A stretch of 62,976 nucleotides of DNA, filler included, from Octopus bimaculoides (lineage: Eukaryota): assembly GCF_001194135.2 (NCBI RefSeq). It is 5 parts of 4 records of this genome, joined end to end, with 100 filler letters (N's around TTAATTAATTAA, not from the genome) between each part and the next. Parts side by side here need not be neighbours in the genome. Positions count along the whole stretch, not along the records: positions 23,777 to 45,815 come from NC_068984.1; 4 more parts are not named here. The stretch is one strand, 5' to 3'. The translations under genes were made by a program, and so were the position numbers. Positions 24,576-38,500 of the stretch are shown here, piece by piece; the stretch's first letter is position 1; each line of letters opens with the position of its first letter. The notes below the pieces were generated by a model that had not been told where the DNA came from, ran no database searches, and worked only from the letters and a program-made list of their open reading frames with translations.

Positions 24576-27500
24576 GTAATAATATTTCAGCTTTATTTTG
24601 TCTTGTTTTATTTTTTTCTCATAACCCTGCTTCCGAATAATTTTCGAATATTTATCATTTTACCGTCCACTTTTCCATGTTTGCGTGGCTCTGATGGAAT
24701 TTGTTGAGGCAGATGTTCTATGGCTCGATGCCTTTCAATGTCGGTAACCATTACCTGTTTCTAAGTAAGGTAATATTCCTCTGTTGTCAGAGACGTTTTT
24801 TTTGCAGAAGACTGGAAATGAAGAAGGCTCATTTATAATCCTCACATGCTATCAAGACAAGGAGACATTCATCCATGCATCCATCCATATATGCATGTAT
24901 CTAGGTTGGTAGATAGTCAGATACAACAAGTTTCTTTCAGGTCCCAATCTACCATATCCCTTTATAAGGTTTTAGTTGACTCAGATCTATAATAGAAAAT
25001 ATTTTCCCATGCTGCTGTGTGAAAGGACTGAACCCAGAATCATGTGGTTGGGAAGCAAACTTCTTAACCACACAGCCACATCTGCACTTTTAATACTAAT
25101 ATGTGGTATTGAAATAATTGGGACATTTGCATAATCTCTCAGTAGTTTTGAATATTTTGTATACTATATTCAGTTTCTTTAATATTTTCTAAGGTTCCAA
25201 TCATTTTGGAATTGCTGGCTGGTACTCAATGAGAGCATCAAATCAAGGATTATTGGTAAGTTTTCAAGACTGTAATGTTTGAAGTTGTATTAGATCTGTA
25301 TCAGATATCTAGCTATCACTTAATCTTAATTTTGCAGGAATTCTCATTGGATGAAATTTTTTAACTATTTGATCTTTTGGGTATTTTTTTATATTCTTTT
25401 ACTCTGTTGCTTATTTTAAAGTCAGATACTTATCTTATTGATCACTATTTGTCAAACAGCTAAGTTAGATGACATAGAGAGAGATAAATATGAGGTAGTT
25501 ATACTAAAGAGAGTTTCTGGTGTTTGTGTTGGCTGAACTGTTGATGCATACACCAAAGTATGTGTATCTGTTCACATAATTCTCTCATGTGGAGAATTTC
25601 TGTAACGTCTTACAGACCTTCACTGTGTCACTAATTTATTGGATTTGGAGAATCCGCATCAATTTCTTTTGCTCTTTTTCGATGAAACTAAGTGTTTCTC
25701 GGTTTTTATGCAAATTTGTTGGTACATAACCTAATGCACCTATGATGATGGGTACAAGAATTCATAGTCAAGAGCTGTAAGTTCTGCATTAATTTGCTAT
25801 AAGTGTTTTCTTTTTCCCCGGACCTTTGATTGTACATTCACATCTGCTGGGCAGCTGACCTCTACAACAGTGCATGACTTTTATTCTCTGTCCCATAGAA
25901 CAATATCAGGTCTGTTATGTTTGCACTGAATTGATGTTTTTATTGGGGTATTCCACCAGTATTCCTTGCTTTCGAATGTATGTCCGTCTGTCTGTCTGTT
26001 GTGTTTTTGATCATTTAAATTCTTCCTCTGAAGAAGGAGCTGGTTTCTGATAAAGATACAAACCTTCATCGCTGGAATGTAGATAACAAAAACAGTGTCA
26101 CATTTTAAATCTGAGAAAAGTCTTGCAGAGTTTTACTGTTCCACTTACAGATTGTATTGGTAATGTGTGAATCAGTTGGCTGATTTCTTTCTCTGAAAAT
26201 CCAAGCTTATCCAGACTGACAGTTAGGCATTTACTTACAAAATCAAGTGCTCTAATTATTATTGGTATAAATGTAAATTTGTAATCCAGACACAGAAAGT
26301 GGTGGTTTCAAAGCAGTTGTCCATTTTTATCTTTCTCTGACTTTCAAAAAGATATTCACATCGGCAGGACAGCTGACCTCTATGATGGTACATACTTTTT
26401 CATGTCTGTCCCAAATATTACAATATCCAGCATGTTATGCTTATACTTGACAGATGTTTTGATTGGAATGTTCTACCAGTATTTCTTGTGCTGATATTTG
26501 TGTACAAATTCAATAACAGGGGGAGTCTCTATATTTCCGAATGACATTGTATCTTGTTTTTGTGACCATGTCATATAGCATAGGGAGGTAGTACTTTGAT
26601 GACATTTTCGGGTATGTATATATTTGTTTCTATGTGTGTATGTATTATGTTATTATTCAGTTTTATTTCAAGATTTCTTGCCAATAGCGTAAGAGCTGGT
26701 TTCTTACCTTGATTCAAGGCTCCTTCATTGGAATTTCAACATTTTTGTATGTATGTATGTATGTATGTATGCATGCATGTGTGTGTGTGTATGTATGTAT
26801 GTATGTATGTATGTTATGTATGTATGTATGAATGAATGATATGTTACAAATGCATATAGTATCTCCATCCTACCTTCTCCATTCTTTCCTCTCCTTGTTT
26901 ATCCTTTCAGTCAGAAGAAGAGTGAATACTCAAAATGTAAAAGACATTTCGCTTTTCTCTCTGTTCCTGAGTATCAACATAATACATACTCTGTTGGTTT
27001 GTTTTCTTACTTTGTGTTTGTATTGTATTTTTTGCATATTTGTTGTTGTTGTTGGCACTCCGTCGCTTACAACGTCGAGGGTTCCAGTTGATTCGATCAC
27101 CGGAACAGCCTGCTCATGAAATTAACGTGAAAGTGGCTGAGCACTGCACACACACGTGTACCCTTAACGTAGTTCTCAGGGATATTCAGCATGACACAGT
27201 GTGACAAGGCTGGCCCTTTGAATTACAGGTACGACAGAAACAGGAAGTAAGAGTGAGAGAAAGTTGTGGTGAAAGAGTACAGCAGGGTTCGCCACCATCC
27301 CCTGCCGGAGCTTTGTGGAGCTTTTAGGTGTTTTCACTCAATAAACACTCACAACGCCTGGTCTGGGAATCGAAACTGCGATCCTATGACCGCGAATCTG
27401 CTACCCTAACCACTGGGTCATTGCACCTTCACACTTTTTTTTGCATAATATATATTAGTATATATGTTTCTATGTGTGTATGTATTATGTTATTTTTGCA

Positions 27501-28898
27501 TAATATATATTAGTATATATGTGTGTGTCTATCTGCATGGCTGAAATGAATAAAAGAATAAGATAAAATATAAACAGTAAAAACTGAATGAAATTAAGGT
27601 TTGTGTTACAACTGGTTGAAAATGTTGACTTACCTTACAATATTTTCTTCATATTCTGGTAAAACTTTAAAAAGGAAAACTCCTGCTTTCTCTGTATAAC
27701 ATCACTTTTGTCTATTTCCTTTCTTTTTTTTCTTATAGGGAATGGCATTTACAAACACTTCTCCTCTTTTGGTACCAACACGAGCCAAAAAGGTAGGTAT
27801 ATGTATGTGTGTGTATTGATATTATTGGTATTTGAGCTGATCCTTTTGGATTGGCAAAGATGATACTGACTTGACATCCATAGAAGAATAAAAAGAAAAA
27901 AAAGACATGATACACGCGTGGCTGTGTGATAAGAAGTTTGCTTTCTAACAACATAGTTCAACGTTCAGTCCCACAGCATGGCACCTTGGGCAAGCACCTT
28001 CTGCTCTAGCCTCAGGCCAACCAAAGGCTTGAGTAGATTTGGTAGACAGAAACTGAAAGAAGCTAGTTGTGTGTGTGTATATGTGTGTGTGCATGCATGC
28101 GTGCGTGTGTTTGGCAGTGGCCGTGGTGGCTTATGTCAGGGTGAGTCAGGGATGGTTGTACAGTGTGAAAGATGAGAGAAGGATAGATGAGCTTTGAGGA
28201 TCAGATGCTATCATAGTAACACCAGAGGTGGCAGAAAGAGAGAGAGAGAGAGAGAGAGTGAGAGAGTGAGAGAGAGAGAGGAATATATATATTTATAGAC
28301 AGAGAGAGAGATAGGTAGGTAGACAGAGAGATAAGCAGAGTGAGTGATTTATAATGCCAATCAAGTAAATGGCTTTCTCTAGATGCAGTTGAGTGTCTTT
28401 GTGTAACATTTTGTAGATTCACTTGAGGATGTCTGTATGTTAACACAAATATGACTATTATTTTTTCATGTAGATGACATCTAAGAATAATTTCTTACTC
28501 CACAATTTATTCTCTAATTACCATTATATATTTACAAAATTACCTTGTATTTTATTATTATTATCATGTTTTTTTTTGTTTTTTTTAAATATTTTTCAGC
28601 CTGCTTTGGGAACTAATCCCATTAGCGTCGCTGCCCCAGCACAGAAAGATGACAGTTTTGTTCTGGATATGGCTACAACCACTGTAGCTTTGGGCAAGGT
28701 GAGTTCACACAGCAGCATGTAAATTTAATATGGATGTTATTGTAACACCTACTATTATGGCCACCACTGTAACAACTTTAGTTGTGGAAGATTGGAGATG
28801 AAGAACACCACTTGTATGACAGTGACTCTTGCTTACAACTGTCATGTGATGTAAAGGCAAGAAGGCAGTAACAAACACACACACATACACATGTGTTC

Positions 28899-28936
<38 letters not shown>

Positions 28937-29501
28937 ATATGTGTGTGTGTATGTATGTATGTAATTTGGAAAAAGTCATTATTTAATGATTTATCAGTGC
29001 CCAGCATACTAAAGATACCAAAATGGTTAATTTATATTAAAATTATAATAAGGGTGTTGAATGATTACAACACAAGTCTGCTAGAAATGGACCCCAAATG
29101 GTCTATGAACCACTTAGATTATTACTCCAGCACACAAGGTTGTAAGTAAGGAAAATAGACAGTGACGATTTATAAAATAATTTGGATAGTACCAAATCTA
29201 TAGATTTCACAGTCTGAGTTATTAAAAACCCTTTCTGATCATCAGTGGCAACATACCAAACGTAAATAAATGAAAAATACATTATACATATTGCCATAAG
29301 CGCAAATAATGTTCATGCATTTTGCACATATTCACAAATAAAAATCCAAGTGCCTATTTTAATTATGTGTTTGTTTACTCAGAATAGTTCTGCAGTAAAT
29401 ATGTTATAGGAGTGAATTAATATATATTTTTATATGTAATTGGGATAAAATCATTAGTTAATGATTTATCAGTGGCCAGCATACTAAAAATGCCATAATG
29501 G

Positions 29502-29532
<31 letters not shown>

Positions 29533-32500
29533 GGAGGTGCATGGCCTAGTGGTTAGGGTGTCAGCATCATGATCGTAAGATTGTGGTTTCGATTCCTGGA
29601 CTGGGTGATGCGTTGTGTTCTTGAGCAAAACACTTCATTTCACGTTGCTCCAGTCCACTCAGCTGGCAAAAATGAGTAACGCTGCGATGAACTGGTGTCC
29701 CGTCCAGCTGGGGAACACATACGCTATTGAAACCAGGAAACCGGGCCCATGAACCTGGCTAAGCTTTAAAAGGGCGCATTTATTTTTATATATATATATG
29801 CATACACACACACACACCTGCATTATGGGCTTGTCTCAGCTTCCATCTATCAAGTTGATTCATAAGGCTTTGGTCAGCTGGGGCTATAATAAAAGACGTT
29901 TACCCAAGGTACCACACAAAGTTAAGGGAGTATGGTACCTAAGAAAAAAATAATTTTACATGCCTACATTCTATGCATATTTTATTCACATATATGAATT
30001 GTAATGGGAAATAAATGTGTTTTAAAATTTTTTCTTTATAGGTCGAAATTAATCAGAGGAAAGATCTTTCCATTCCAGAAGGTTGGGGAGTTGATTCAAA
30101 TGGCAAAGTAAGCTGATCTGGTTCCTTATATTCTTGATATTTGAATATTTTGTATGCTTAAGTTCAGATATTTCAAATCCTTTTGGTTACCTTATGAAAT
30201 CTGTATGTGCTATAGTCTGTATTGTAATCTGCACCATGTGGAGGCGCAATGGCCCAGTGGTTAGGGCAGCAGACTCGTGGTCATAGGATCGCGGTTTCGA
30301 TTCCCAGACCGGGCGTTGTGAGTGTTTATTGAGCGGAAACACCTAAAGCTCCACGAGGCTCCAGCAGGGGATGGTGGCGAACCCTGCTGTACTCTTTCAC
30401 CACAACTTTCTTTCACTCTTTCTTCCTGTTTCTGTTGTATCTGTATTTCAAAGGGCCAGCCTTGTCACACTGTGTCACGCTGAATATCCCTGAGAACTAT
30501 GTTAAGGGTACATGTGTCTGTGGAGTGCTCAGCCACTTGCACGTTAATTTCACGAGCAGGCTGTTCTGTTGATTGGAGTGCCAACACAATCTGCACCTAT
30601 CACAGCAGTCAATGTGCCCTAGGGCTAAGGAATTTTGGACGTCACAACCACCTTGGTCTGAGACTTCAGTTGAACATAGGATAAATTATGAATTCTGAAG
30701 TTCACTTCTATTCCTCCTTCACCATATCCAGTTGAAACTCTTCTCATGTTGCTTTAAGACTCCTGGTCCTCTTTTTCACAAGATTGAGAGCCATTTATGA
30801 GATCATAGGAAGATTTATCTACAGATCCTCTTGCTCCTTCCTACCTCTATAGCAAGGACTTTGGGAGCCAAATTCTTTCAGTTTCATGGTTAAACTAACC
30901 ATATTTCTCATTCTTGTAGATGTGGGCTTCCTTCTTAAATGTATATTTTTTGTAATTTCAGTTTAGAATTTATTTTTATCTAACAATGAAACAGGAAAAG
31001 ATTTTTAAAAATTAGTGAATTATGCTTTTAATATTTCTCATTTCTTAATATTAGAAGCATAATTTCTTACATTATTCCAGTTAGAATGATGTCTGTTTTT
31101 ACCATTATTGATTGGGATAAGTTGATTAATGCACTTTGTCTAAAGATACTTGAAATCAAGTAGTCACTACTAGTTTTCTTTACATTTTGTTTGTTTTATG
31201 GGCAAAAATCTTCTATCGAAGAAGGAGTCCTTTCTTAACTTTTGCTTTGTAATCAAAATATTGCAAGTGGAACCTTTTTATTCATTCTGTTATTGTTAAA
31301 AATATATAAACCCATTAAAAATTTAATGGAATAAATTCTGCTGTCAAGAGCTTTAGTTACTTAGCATCTCCATAAAGCTAAAGATCTGAGACCCTTTGCT
31401 ATAAGACTTAATAGGATTTTCCTGTTTAACTGTGCTTTTTTAAAAAGTGAAATTATACCTTATGTTACTATATTTGTATTTGACTAGGTTACCAAAAATC
31501 CTGCTGATGTTTTTAATAATGGTGGACTATTACCATTAGGAGGTGTAGAAGAAAGTGGTATGCATTATCTTATTCAGGTCTTTTTCAACACCTTAGTTAT
31601 TTTTGACTCACTTTTCTTATAACTTAGTCCACCAAAACTGTAAATACTTACCACAGAGTAGAAATGACTTGATGCAAGCAGTAAAAGGAGCCTCTCTGCA
31701 GTCATTTGATTTGCTAGAAATAGTAGCCAAATCTCTCAGAGATAAAAAAAACCTAGTGGCTCATGATCTTTTGGTCATTGATTCAATTCCAAGACCAGCT
31801 GGTATGTTGACCTTAGGCAAGCCACTTCATTTCATGTTACTTTGGGCTATTCAGGTATAAATGAGTATTAGCCAGGTACTGGCACATCAGTCTCTTCCTC
31901 CAGCTATCACATCCTGAATGTTCTGTTGAGTTAAGGTTGAGGTGGTCAGGAAGGTGTCTTTGTACGCTAGCAGCTACATAGACACGTACAACAATTAGTG
32001 ACACCATGGTACATGTAACCAAAATCATACTTGCATAAAAATAATGACTGGTTGTACAGCACTGTACTGCATTGAACTCCCTCAAATAACATCCTATCAT
32101 CACTTCGCCAATTGTACTAATGATTCTGCCGGCTCGCCAGCTTATTTATAAATATAGTGTTAACGCATTGCACAGTTTAACACTTCCGCATTAGATACCT
32201 TTAGTAGAGTCCACTCTAAAGCAAACGCTTGGACTAGGTCTCTAGTTTGAGGAATAACTTTCTCATTCCTTCCGACTAATCTCAGAGGCCCTGTAAAGGG
32301 TCATGAGCAGTGCCTTCTCTTATGATTCTTATAAATATAAAGAATGTATATAAAACAGAGTAATTCATCTTATGCTTTATTGGTTCTAAAGTATTTTCCG
32401 GAAAAAATATTTTGTTGCTTATTTTATGTCACTATTTTATTTTGTAACTTATTCAGGTGGTTACAAAGGTTATGGCTTGGCATTAATGACTGAAATATTT

Positions 32501-35500
32501 TGTGGAGTCTTAGCTGGAGCAAATTCTGGACCTAACATTCGATCATGGAAAAACACAACATCACCTGCAAACTTGGTATGTAAAGATTTTTGTTTTCTAG
32601 ACTTGTGCTATTTATATTAGTAAATTTGTTTCTTCATCCACCTGCCTGAATCTACGACATAAACTTCCTGTTTTAAAATGATCTAAATGAAAATCATCAT
32701 TATTATCATCATCATCGTTTAACGTCTGCTTTCCATGCTAGCATGGGTTGGACGATTTGACTGAGGACTGGTGAAATCAGATGGCTACACCAGGCTCCAA
32801 TCTGATCTGGCAGAGTTTCTACAGCTGGATGCCCTTCCTAACGCCAACCACTCCGAGAGTGTAGTGGGTGCTTTTATGTGCCACCGGCATGAGGGCCAGT
32901 CACATGGTACTGGCAATGGCCACGCTCAAAAAGGTGTTTTTTACGTGCCACTTGCACAGGAGCCAGTCGAGTGGCACTGGCAACGACCTCACTCAAATGA
33001 TTTTCTGACGTGCCACCAGCACAAGTGCTAGAAGGCAACGCTGGTAACGATTACGCTCAAATGGTGCTATTTACAGGCCACTAGCATGGAAGCCAGACAG
33101 CTGCTCTGGCAATGAACATGCTCGGACAGTGCTGTTAGTGCTCTACTGGCACAGGTGCCAGTCACTGAATATGGTTCAATTTATGATTTCACTTGCCCTA
33201 ACAGGTCTTCGCAATAATGGAGAGGTTGGCATGGGTGCCAGTCGTCGGATTCGGTTCGATTTCGATTTCAGATTTCAAATTTCAAATTCACTTGCTTCAA
33301 CAGGTCTTTGCAAGCAGGGTTTTAGTGTCCAATGAAGTAAAGATACGAATTAGTGAGCTGGCTACACTTCTGGCAGAGGTCACAGATTATGCTCTCACTT
33401 GCCTTGCCGGGTCTTCTCACGTACTGCATATTTCCAAAGATCCTGGTCACTGGTCTAAATGAAAATTTAATATCAAAATCAAAGTTTTATTTTAATTTAT
33501 GTTCCAAACACCAGTTTAGTAGTGACAAGTTATTTTCCTAAATCATTCATTATTTAGAAAACTAATTTAAACAATGGCAGTGTGTTTCAACAGAGATCTA
33601 CTATTTTAATGTTTAAACATAATCTTGCTGATGAGTGGAAATTGATGATCATATATCAGTGAAATTTCAGATGATAGTTGTTAAAAATAATATTGTTAAC
33701 ATCCACATAAACCTTTTCTTTAATTTTCAATTATAGGGACATTGCTTTATTGCTTTGGACCCATCTGTTTTTGCTCCTGGATTCAAAGGACGTATGTCAG
33801 ATCTTCTTGGTCATTTAAGGAACATGGATCCTGTAAGACTTCATTTTATTTTTGTGTTATTTTGTATTTGTATGTGTGCTGTGTATGTATCTATGTACCA
33901 TTCAGACCTGGAGTAGTAGCATCTGTCAGGGTCCCAGTAATTAATTAATTAACATATTAGGGCTATGTGATGACTGGATCTGGTAGACTCTGTGGAAGAA
34001 CCTTCATGGTTTAGTTGAGAGGAAGGTAGATGCTGCAACAAAACATCTTGGTCATCTACTGCATCTGTTTCCATCCCTATTTGTCTTGATCTGGTCTTGT
34101 CACTGGATTGAAAATGGTCATAGATGAAAGAGTTGATGGTGTTCAACTATGCATCATATTGATGAATAGTTAGCTCAGTGGTAAGAGTGTTGGACTCACA
34201 ATCATGAGGTAGTGAGTTTGATTCCCGGACGAGTTTGTGCGTTGGGTTCTTGAGCAAGACACTTTATTTCACATTGCTCCAGTTCACTCATCTGTAGAAA
34301 TGTGTTGCGATATCACTGGTGCCAAGCAATATCAGCCTTTTCTTTTCCATTGAATGACATTGGTGGCATGGAGAGGGAAGGCGGGTATGCATGGGTGACT
34401 GCTGGTCTTCCATAAACAACCTTGCCCAGACTTGTGCCTCAAAGGGTAACTTTCTAGGTGCATCCCATGATCATTATGACTGAAGGAGTTCTTTACCTTT
34501 GACTTTTTATTCATCATTTTAAAGTCAGCAAGCAAGTCATTAGTCATCCTTCAGGATGACCAGATGATTGCCGTCGCTCCGACAGACGAACATGGATGTG
34601 TGTGTGTTTGTGTGTGTGTACAACGGTAAAGCCATTAAGGACGCCCGATTCCTTTTTCAGCTTTTTCATGATATGAACACAATCTTTGGAAATCACTCGC
34701 GGACACATCAAAGTTTATGAAACAAAGTGTGAAGTAGAATATGCTGCCAAGAAGAGGAATTTAAAATGTTTCTTTTTCCTCGCTTAAAATATATTTGGAC
34801 ACCAAGCATAAATAAATACAATTTGTTAAATTCTAATGCAGTCTCGCATTCGAAGAGGAACACTTATGCAAGGGAAGTAACTACATACGTTAATATTTAT
34901 CTGCCCTTTATGTATTTATTTTGATATGAATGTTCTCGAGATTGAGATTTGTCTCGTGGAAAAGCAACTGTTTTAGTTAGATTAGTTTAATTTTTTTTTG
35001 TTGATGCTAATTTAATTAAATTGAATCAGTTTAGTTCAAATATCTATAGTGATGACACTTCTAGCTTGATTCTGGTGAAAAGAAATGGTTGTTTGACAGT
35101 TTCTGTCAGTATATGTTGGTTTTTAACATTAGTAAACATCGCAAATTTGACGAGAGGGAACAGTCAATTAAACTGACACCCATTTAGTTTGATACTTATT
35201 TTATTGAATGCAAAAAGAGATGTGTTAGAACAGTTTCGCTTTTCGTTTGACATGTAACAATTTCAGTTTTTTGCACTTTCATTTCTGACATTTTACTTTC
35301 GCTTTTCCCTCATCTCTGGCTACGATATGGTATGTCTGTGGATGATCGAACTATTAGGAATAGCAGACATATCTTCTTCAACAAATCATAAGGATCAATT
35401 TACCCTTTTTAAAAAAAAAAGGCTATTGTCATTAATTTTGAGCAAAATTAAATAAAAGACAAACTATACTTTCGAATGTTTTACAAAGTCCTGCTCTTTT

Positions 35501-38500
35501 TTGAGTAGATATAACAGACTTTATCCACAACTCTTTAGTATTATCATTCATTGAGATTCCGGTAATCTTCCAGTTTCGAGGGGTAAAAGAAATATTCAAG
35601 GGAAATAACTGAACGACTTACCAGTATTATCCGTACTACTTTTTTTCTAAAACAGCATGCGACGGAATTTTAACAGGCAGAAAATAATCTAAAACAGCAT
35701 GCGATGGAATTTTTTTTTCTAAAAGTTTAAAATGTTTTTTTCTTTTTACAAAACGGAAACGAAATGGTTTGCAGAAGTACCTGACGGAACGGAGTCAAAA
35801 ACAACAGGCAGAAAATAATCTAAAACAGCATGCGACGGAATTTTTTAAATAAAAGTTTAAAATGTTTTTTTCTTTTTCCAAAACGGAAAATAAGATGTTG
35901 TGCAGCCGGTCTTCCACGAGGCATTTTCGATTTCTCATAAGAAACTATGATATTCAATCACGTGTGTGATTTATATATAAACAGTTAACGTCAATCAAAT
36001 CACGTGATTTATTTATAAACAAAGTAGTACGGATAATACTGGTAAGACGTTCAGTTATTTCCCTTGTAATTTATTTACTTTTTTAACCCCTCGAAACTGG
36101 AAGATTACGAGGTTCCTACCACAATTTTCGAACTAAGTGATCTCTGGTGCATCCCTGCCTATGTGTCAGGCTTTGTACAATTTGCTGAATAATACATCAG
36201 ACTGAAAGAATGGTTTTGGTTGAATGTACTTTTCTAGTCGGGCGCCACTTTTTTTTTTTATTCCTTAAAAAGTATTTTACTTGTAAGTTCGTTTCGTCGC
36301 TATATGTAACTATTGAAATGGGTATTAAATTAAAGCGAAAGTTAAAAAAAAAAAAATGCGGAATTGCTGTGGCGAAAAACAAAACGTTCCAAAGCCGATC
36401 CTGTGTTGTGCACAACTACACAGACGTCACAAAAATAACAACAAAGAAAAACAAAACCCAATGCCATAAATCAGTTTATCTGGCGCCCAACTGATTCTTT
36501 CAATTGTTATTAACACTAATGTTTATTCATTTATTTAATTATTTTGCTAATTCTAGTCTGAGGAAAGTAAACCTGTATTAGTTGCTGGAGATCCAGAAAG
36601 GCAACATGAAGAAAAATGTGATAAACTGGGTGGAATTCCTTATCATCCCAATCAGATAACATTTGCTGTAAGTGACCGAAAGGTTTTTATTTTTTAATAT
36701 TTTTTTTCTTTTAACTTAAAATTTCTCTTTTAAAAGATTTCGTAAGTCTGTATATTTATCTGTTTGCGTGTGATATAGATACAAAGTGTAGTGTTTTCAT
36801 TATTTTCATATTTATTGTTGAGATTGACTTCCAATCTCAACAATAAATATGAAACTCCTTGGAGATGACACATGTTCAACTATTTCATCTCCACAGTCTT
36901 CCCAAATGCTCTTCGTGTAGTGATCTTTGTAATTATATATATATAATATATAATTATATGCATATATCCATACATATATGTACATACCGACATATGTATG
37001 TATACATACAAGCATATATCACAGGACATCACAAAAAACGTTAAACACAATGAGAAACGAAAACATAAAGACGAGGACAGAACGAACTTTTTTTCGAACA
37101 ACGAAAAAAAAAACAAACAAATAGAGAAATGAGACATGCAACATAAAGAATATTACCCATGTATCTGCGGGGCTGAAAATGAAACCAACACAATCCGGGA
37201 GAATACAAAAATAGATGTAGGTATACCAAGTAAGCGAAAGGAATATGTAAATGCGTGGAAGCCCCCTTATTAAATGAAAATAGATTAATTCAGTATCCTC
37301 TTTTTTTAAATCTTTTCAAATTAATTCTTTTATAATTTTTGGGAAATGTTTCCAGTTTTGGCATTTCTTCGGTATTCGTCGACGACATAAAAACAATAAT
37401 GTACACCCACTCAAAGACAGATCTGTGGAGTGAAAAATATTTGTTGGTGGACATGAACATGAACTGCTTTGGAAGAAAAAAGAAAGACAAAGCAGTGAAA
37501 TATCAAAAACTCGGAGATGTGTTTATAGGTTTTATTATTTCATTGGAGAAATATCAGAAATGGATAATAAAACTTTTTCAGAAAAGGTTCATTAGTTTAT
37601 GATAGTATTAAATGCAGGCATGGCTGTGTGGTAAAAAGTTTGTTTTCCAACCACATGGTTCCAAGTTCAGTCCCATTGCGTGGCACCTTGGGCAAGTGTG
37701 TTCTACTATAGCCTCACATTGACCAAACTCTTGTGAATGGATTTGGTAGAGGGAAATAGAAAGAAGCCCGTCGTGTATACATATCTGCGTGTGTGTGTTT
37801 TCGTGTCTGTGTTTTTCCACCATTGCCACCACAGATAACTTGTGTTGGTGTGTTTATGTCCCCATATCTTAGTAGTTCAGCAAAAGAAACCAGTGGAATA
37901 AGTTCCGAGCTTTAAAAAGAAAAAAAATTCTTGCGGTTGGTTTGTTCAACTAAAACCCTTCAAGGCAGTGCCCCAGTATGACCGTAGTCAAATGATTGAA
38001 ACAAGTAAAAGAAAGATTAATATAAACTGACTAGTGACTGAGGTTGTTTGAGCTCAGATTAGCTTTGTAATGTCTCCCCTCTTTTTCAACACTCATCTCC
38101 TGAATATAGCCTTTATCCACTTTTCCACTGCATTCACTAACCACTCTAGACCCTTACCATGGCTCAGGAATTCCAGGATAGCTGGTCCACTGCCCTACTA
38201 TTTGTACTGCCAGGAATGTGCTTTAGCTAACAAAGATAACTTTTCATATCTGAACTGAATATGAATGACAGGATCTGTTGAAATTTCTGTATAAATATTT
38301 TATTACTTTTTCACTCAGGTTTTTGTTCATTAACTCTTTAGCATTCAAATTGGCCATATCCACCCAAAATAACTTGTTTGATGTTAAGACAGGCCAGATA
38401 TAGTCTGTCACCTCAGTCCTACAAAGTCATTGTGAGACTAAACAATCACATCATTGAAATCTCAAAGCGACAAGATAATGCATGATTAATTCAAGACAAT

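Noticed and set aside
30237-30315. tRNA-like sequences with A and B boxes (also 27360-27433, 29532-29600, 34171-34230, 41110-41182, 46018-46095)
   Set aside because: They continue directly into shared SINE bodies and lack a complete acceptor stem, so they are SINE heads rather than tRNA genes.
32872-33200. Regularly spaced repeats superficially like a CRISPR array (also the 25-bp pair at 59249-59298)
   Set aside because: Degenerate head-to-tail units without unique spacers, in eukaryotic context with no cas genes.
37290-37560. Minus-strand ORF ending ..FKKRGY, suggestive of a Penelope RT tail
   Set aside because: A single short motif with no supporting upstream similarity.
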